Positions 60,909 to 64,000 of a stretch of 64,000 nt of DNA are shown here, piece after piece. Each line of letters begins with the position of its first letter. Position 1 is the stretch's first letter. The notes below the pieces were generated by a model that was not told where the DNA came from, ran no database searches, and saw nothing but the letters and a program-made list of their open reading frames with translations. Origin of the DNA: Candidatus Multivorans sp. (GTDB lineage Bacteria > Acidobacteriota > Thermoanaerobaculia > Multivoradales > Multivoraceae); contig OZ251997.1 of assembly GCA_965247095.1 (NCBI GenBank), positions 1,376,001 through 1,440,000 on the forward strand. Reading direction: 5' to 3'. Made by a program: the position numbers and the translations under genes.

Positions 60909-61457
60909 CTACGTTGCCGCCTGCTCGATGACATCGAATCCGATTCTCTCGTGTCCGCTCTCACAGGCATCCGTCAGGGCGACATGGACTGTGCCGATGA
61001 CCTTCCGAAGTGATCCACCGAACTCCGTCACGTACAAGCTGTACAGTCGCTCGACCGCTTCGTGAGCAATCACGTCGTCCAGATGTCCGCCGTCGCCTCC
61101 GTGGTAGCGAATCCGCGACTCCAGCACCTTGCCCAACGCTTCGATCGATGGCAAGGAGCCCCTTCTCTGGTTGGCCGAAGCGCCGCCGTTCCCAGGAGCG
61201 CCTCTTTCTGGTCCGTGTACCGAAGGTCCGTCTCGGGCTGGTCAACGATGGCCTGCACTACAAGGCTCACGACTTCTCGTACATCAGCAACCCGGTCGCC
61301 CGATTCAACCCCCGCGCAGCCCCCTCCCAAGACGTTCCTCCAAAGAACGGCCGGTGAGTTCGGTGTATGCAACGTGGTAGAGGCCAAGGTCGTGCCGTAG
61401 CGGGGCGTGGTCAAAGGCGTGCTCCTCCCACAATCGAAGCAGAAGAGGGCGGCTCAC
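60909..61457 (-). pseudogene. Probable decayed second ATPase-like gene
   Basis: GTG overlaps the upstream stop; protein-like segments fall in different frames (EEHAFDHAPLRHDLGLYHV...LRGG*, and SIEALGKVLESRI...GSLRKVIGTVHVAL, resembling an AAA+ lid). Confidence 0.35.
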
Positions 61458-62566
61458 GGCCCGTTCTCGCTCGTGATGCCGAGGGGCCGGTACAGCTTGC
61501 GGGGCCTGCCACGAGCAGTACGCATCTCTGAGACTAAGACGAGATTCGACGCCTCAAGCCGCCTAAGGACCTGCGTCGCCCGGGAACGAGAGACGCCGAG
61601 GTCGGTCAGGAACTCCTCGTCGGATGCGCTCGCGGGGCCAGCCGCGAGAAGGTAGTGCATCACTGCCAGTTCGGTCTTGCCGAGCGAGGCGGCCGTAGCA
61701 AGCGCCTCGTCGATGGTGCGCGTCTGCCGGGACGTGCTGAGCAACGTGTCCCTGGCTGCCGCCAGCAGGCGCCGCGGGACGCCGTCGCTCCGTTCGACGA
61801 TCTGATCCAACCGCTCCCGAATCCGCGCGACATCTCCAAGCTCCTCACTCGTTGCATCGGCAAGGCGAGCCAGTACGAACTGGCGAGCCTGCTCGGGTTC
61901 CAGGGGACCCAGCACAATTTCGTCGTCGAAGAATGCGTCCGCCGGGGGCTCAAGATACTCGTCTCGGCGGTCCAGCCGCCCAGCCACGACCCAGGTCCAG
62001 CCGAGTTCCCAGATCTCGTCCCGGAGTCGACCAAAGAGAGCGTGAACCAGCCCCGGCTGCAGCGTCCCGTCGAGAATCACGACAAGACGCCTCTCAGTGC
62101 CTTCCTCCTGCGCGCCTTCGTCGGGCTCACGATCGCTCAGGGTCCTTTCAATGTTCCGCAGCGGCGCCAGCGGGTCAGAGTCGCCGGGAATCGTCTTGAC
62201 GTCGATTCCCTCGCTAAAGGCCTGGACGTACCGCTGGAAGGCCGAAACCACCTCTGGAGCTCGTTGTATGGTCTGAGTCCGCGGCGGACGCCTGCCCTCC
62301 ACACCGATGCGGATCGCGGTGGCAAGCTCCGACAGGGACTCGGCAGCCGCTCCGCCGACCAGGCCCACACGCTGGCCGGCGTCCTCGAGTTGGCGCGCAT
62401 GCTGGCTGAGTAGAGACGTCACGCCCGAGCCTCGAGCGCCAAGCACGAGGACATTGAGTCCCAAACGGGCCGCTCGGTCCAGGCGAGCCAACTCGCCTTC
62501 CCGGCCGACGAACAGATCCCGGTCTACATCGCCTCTAGTCAGCGGCCGTTGGCTCAAGAACAACAT
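61454..62566 (-). CDS. P-loop ATPase with degenerate Walker A and C-terminal winged HTH
   Basis: FVGREGEL, GARGSGVTS (Lys replaced by Val), VVILDG, GVPRRLL; C-terminal LGVSRSRATQVLRRLE..NLV...GRPRKLY. Confidence 0.78.
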   Translation of the reverse strand: MLFLSQRPLTRGDVDRDLFVGREGELARLDRAARLGLNVLVLGARGSGVTSLLSQHARQLEDAGQRVGLVGGAAAESLSELATAIRIGVEGRRPPRTQTIQRAPEVVSAFQRYVQAFSEGIDVKTIPGDSDPLAPLRNIERTLSDREPDEGAQEEGTERRLVVILDGTLQPGLVHALFGRLRDEIWELGWTWVVAGRLDRRDEYLEPPADAFFDDEIVLGPLEPEQARQFVLARLADATSEELGDVARIRERLDQIVERSDGVPRRLLAAARDTLLSTSRQTRTIDEALATAASLGKTELAVMHYLLAAGPASASDEEFLTDLGVSRSRATQVLRRLEASNLVLVSEMRTARGRPRKLYRPLGITSENGP

Positions 62567-62651
62567 TCACCAAACTTACAGTAACTTTGGTGAACACGCA
62601 AGGGCCGTTGCTGGATCAGGGCTACCCAACCAAATTCACTGTAAATTTGGT
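62566..62651. promoter_or_regulatory. Two related palindromic operators with dyad centres 60 bp apart
   Basis: TTCACCAAACTTACAGTAACTTTGGTGAA (62566-62594, 13/14 pairs) and ACCAAATTCACTGTAAATTTGGT (62629-62651, 10/11 pairs). Confidence 0.75.
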
Positions 62652-62723
62652 GAGACACATCGACGCGCCCTCACAGGACCGACAGCGCGGGTAGTGAGCG
62701 CCCCGCAGAACCGACGACTTCCA

Positions 62724-62903
62724 GCCCGCTCCGGGGCTCAGGGGAGAGGGTCCCAGGGAGGCTGTCGGCAAGCGACGCCCGACGGCATCTCAATTGCCGA
62801 CGACGAACCGGAGCGCAGCCGACCGCAGCGAGCGCCAACTCCTGTGACACCAAACAAGCGCGAGCGGCCCCAGGGACCCTCTCCCCTGAGCCCCGGAGCG
62901 GGC
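62724..62903. mobile_element. 180-bp non-coding MITE/REP-doublet-like element with 31-bp perfect terminal inverted repeats
   Basis: GCCCGCTCCGGGGCTCAGGGGAGAGGGTCCC (62724-62754) is the exact reverse complement of 62873-62903; no obvious target-site duplication. Confidence 0.6.
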
Positions 62904-62973
62904 GGGTGAACACGTCGCCATCGACTCCGGCGGTACACTGCCCGCTTCGCCAACGGATCAGGACCCGCCACCC

Positions 62974-64000
62974 ATGGATTTCGGCATCTGCGTCGCCAGC
63001 AAGATCGACGACATCGGCTACATCGAGCGGGCGGAGGCGCTCGGATACAGCCACGCATGGCTGGCCGACAGCCAGATGATCTGGTCGGACTGCTATGCGG
63101 TCATGGCGCTGGCGGCGGCGCGGACGAACCGGATCAAGCTCGGAACCGGGGTGGCGATTACCGGCACACGGATCGCGCCGGTGACGGCGCACAGCATCGC
63201 GACGATCAATCGGATCGCGCCGGGGCGCACGTTCCTGGGCATCGGCGCCGGCAACACGGCAATGCGGCTGATGGGGCACCGGCCGATCGGCGTCGCCGAG
63301 TTCGGCGAGTACCTGCGCGTGGTGCGGGCGCTGCTCGACGGCGAGGAAGCCGACTTTGCGTTCCGGGGGCGCACGGAGCCGCTCCGGTTCCTGATGGAGG
63401 AGCAGGGCTTCATCGCCACTGAACCCCGGATTCCGATGTACGTCTCCGGTTTCGGCCCCAAGAGCCAAGCCCTGGCCGGCGAAGTCGGCGATGGCCTGGT
63501 CATGTCGATTCCCCCGAACGCCGCCCTGTTCGACCGCGCGATCGAGAACTGCCGGCGGGGCGCCGAGGCCGTGGACCGGGACTTCGACCGTGACAGCTTC
63601 TACACCTGCTCGCTGACCACGGCGGTGATCCTGGAACCCGGAGAGGATCTGACCTCACCCCGGGTGATCGAGGAATGCGGCCCGTTCGTGCTCTCCGGCC
63701 TGCACTACCTCTACGATCAGCAGCGCCAGTTCAACCGGGCGCCGCCGCCCCACGTACGGCCCGTCTGGGACGAGTACTGCCGGCTCGTCGAGCAAACGCC
63801 GGCGCGCGGACGGCACCTGCGCGTTCACGCCGGCCACTGCACCTACTCGCTTCCCGAGGAGGAGCAGTTCGTCACGCCGGATCTGATCCGTGCCTCCTGC
63901 CTGGCGGGTACGGCCGAGGAGGTGCGCGCCCAGGTCCGGACTCTCGCCGAAGCCGGTCTCGATCAACTCATGCTGTTGCCCTCCCTCGCCACCCAGGAGC
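62974..64000 (+). CDS. LLM-class flavin-dependent oxidoreductase (3' partial; absent from the ORF track)
   Basis: Manual translation: MDFGICVASKIDDIGYIERAEALGYSHAWLADSQMIWSD...TNRIKLGTGV...APGRTFLGIGAG...IPMYVSGFGPKS..LAGEVGDG. Confidence 0.9.
   Translation, partial: MDFGICVASKIDDIGYIERAEALGYSHAWLADSQMIWSDCYAVMALAAARTNRIKLGTGVAITGTRIAPVTAHSIATINRIAPGRTFLGIGAGNTAMRLMGHRPIGVAEFGEYLRVVRALLDGEEADFAFRGRTEPLRFLMEEQGFIATEPRIPMYVSGFGPKSQALAGEVGDGLVMSIPPNAALFDRAIENCRRGAEAVDRDFDRDSFYTCSLTTAVILEPGEDLTSPRVIEECGPFVLSGLHYLYDQQRQFNRAPPPHVRPVWDEYCRLVEQTPARGRHLRVHAGHCTYSLPEEEQFVTPDLIRASCLAGTAEEVRAQVRTLAEAGLDQLMLLPSLATQE

Overview
High-GC (about 68-70% by eye) bacterial chromosomal window. The gene content (repeated 'LCL..GRF/Y.V.V.W...SGLFWFF..NWE.LVKVLDG' C-terminal domains, TPR proteins, PVC-type cytochrome/DUF1501 genes, GLUG and spondin surface proteins, LLM oxidoreductase) suggests an Acidobacteriota, possibly a marine host-associated lineage; this is inference only. 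The left third holds secreted hydrolases sharing one C-terminal module, a stand-alone copy of the subtilase propeptide, a mycobacterial Sdh1-type succinate dehydrogenase, an rpoD-like sigma factor and an SPFH/RHH operon with a clear operator. The middle (about 29.9-46.8 kb) is a defence island: an ABC-ATPase/DUF3226 pair and a restriction-like three-gene core (XRE-SNF2-DUF3883 helicase-nuclease, DUF1156 amino-methyltransferase, DUF499 ATPase). The gaps between the core genes carry cargo: an aspartic protease, a DRB0094-type RNA ligase, HicAB, an ATPase fragment and a translationally coupled secreted amidohydrolase. The right third has amtB broken by a single amber codon, a tandemly duplicated Dpm1-GtrA/TMTC-like putative protein glycosylation unit, a PSD1/DUF1501 pair, a degenerate ATPase-wHTH with twin palindromic operators and a 180-bp element with 31-bp perfect terminal inverted repeats. 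About seven genes are broken by internal deletions, frameshifts or nonsense codons. I saw no rRNA, tRNA, CRISPR array, integrase or transposase. All family assignments come from motif recognition by eye, not from database searches.
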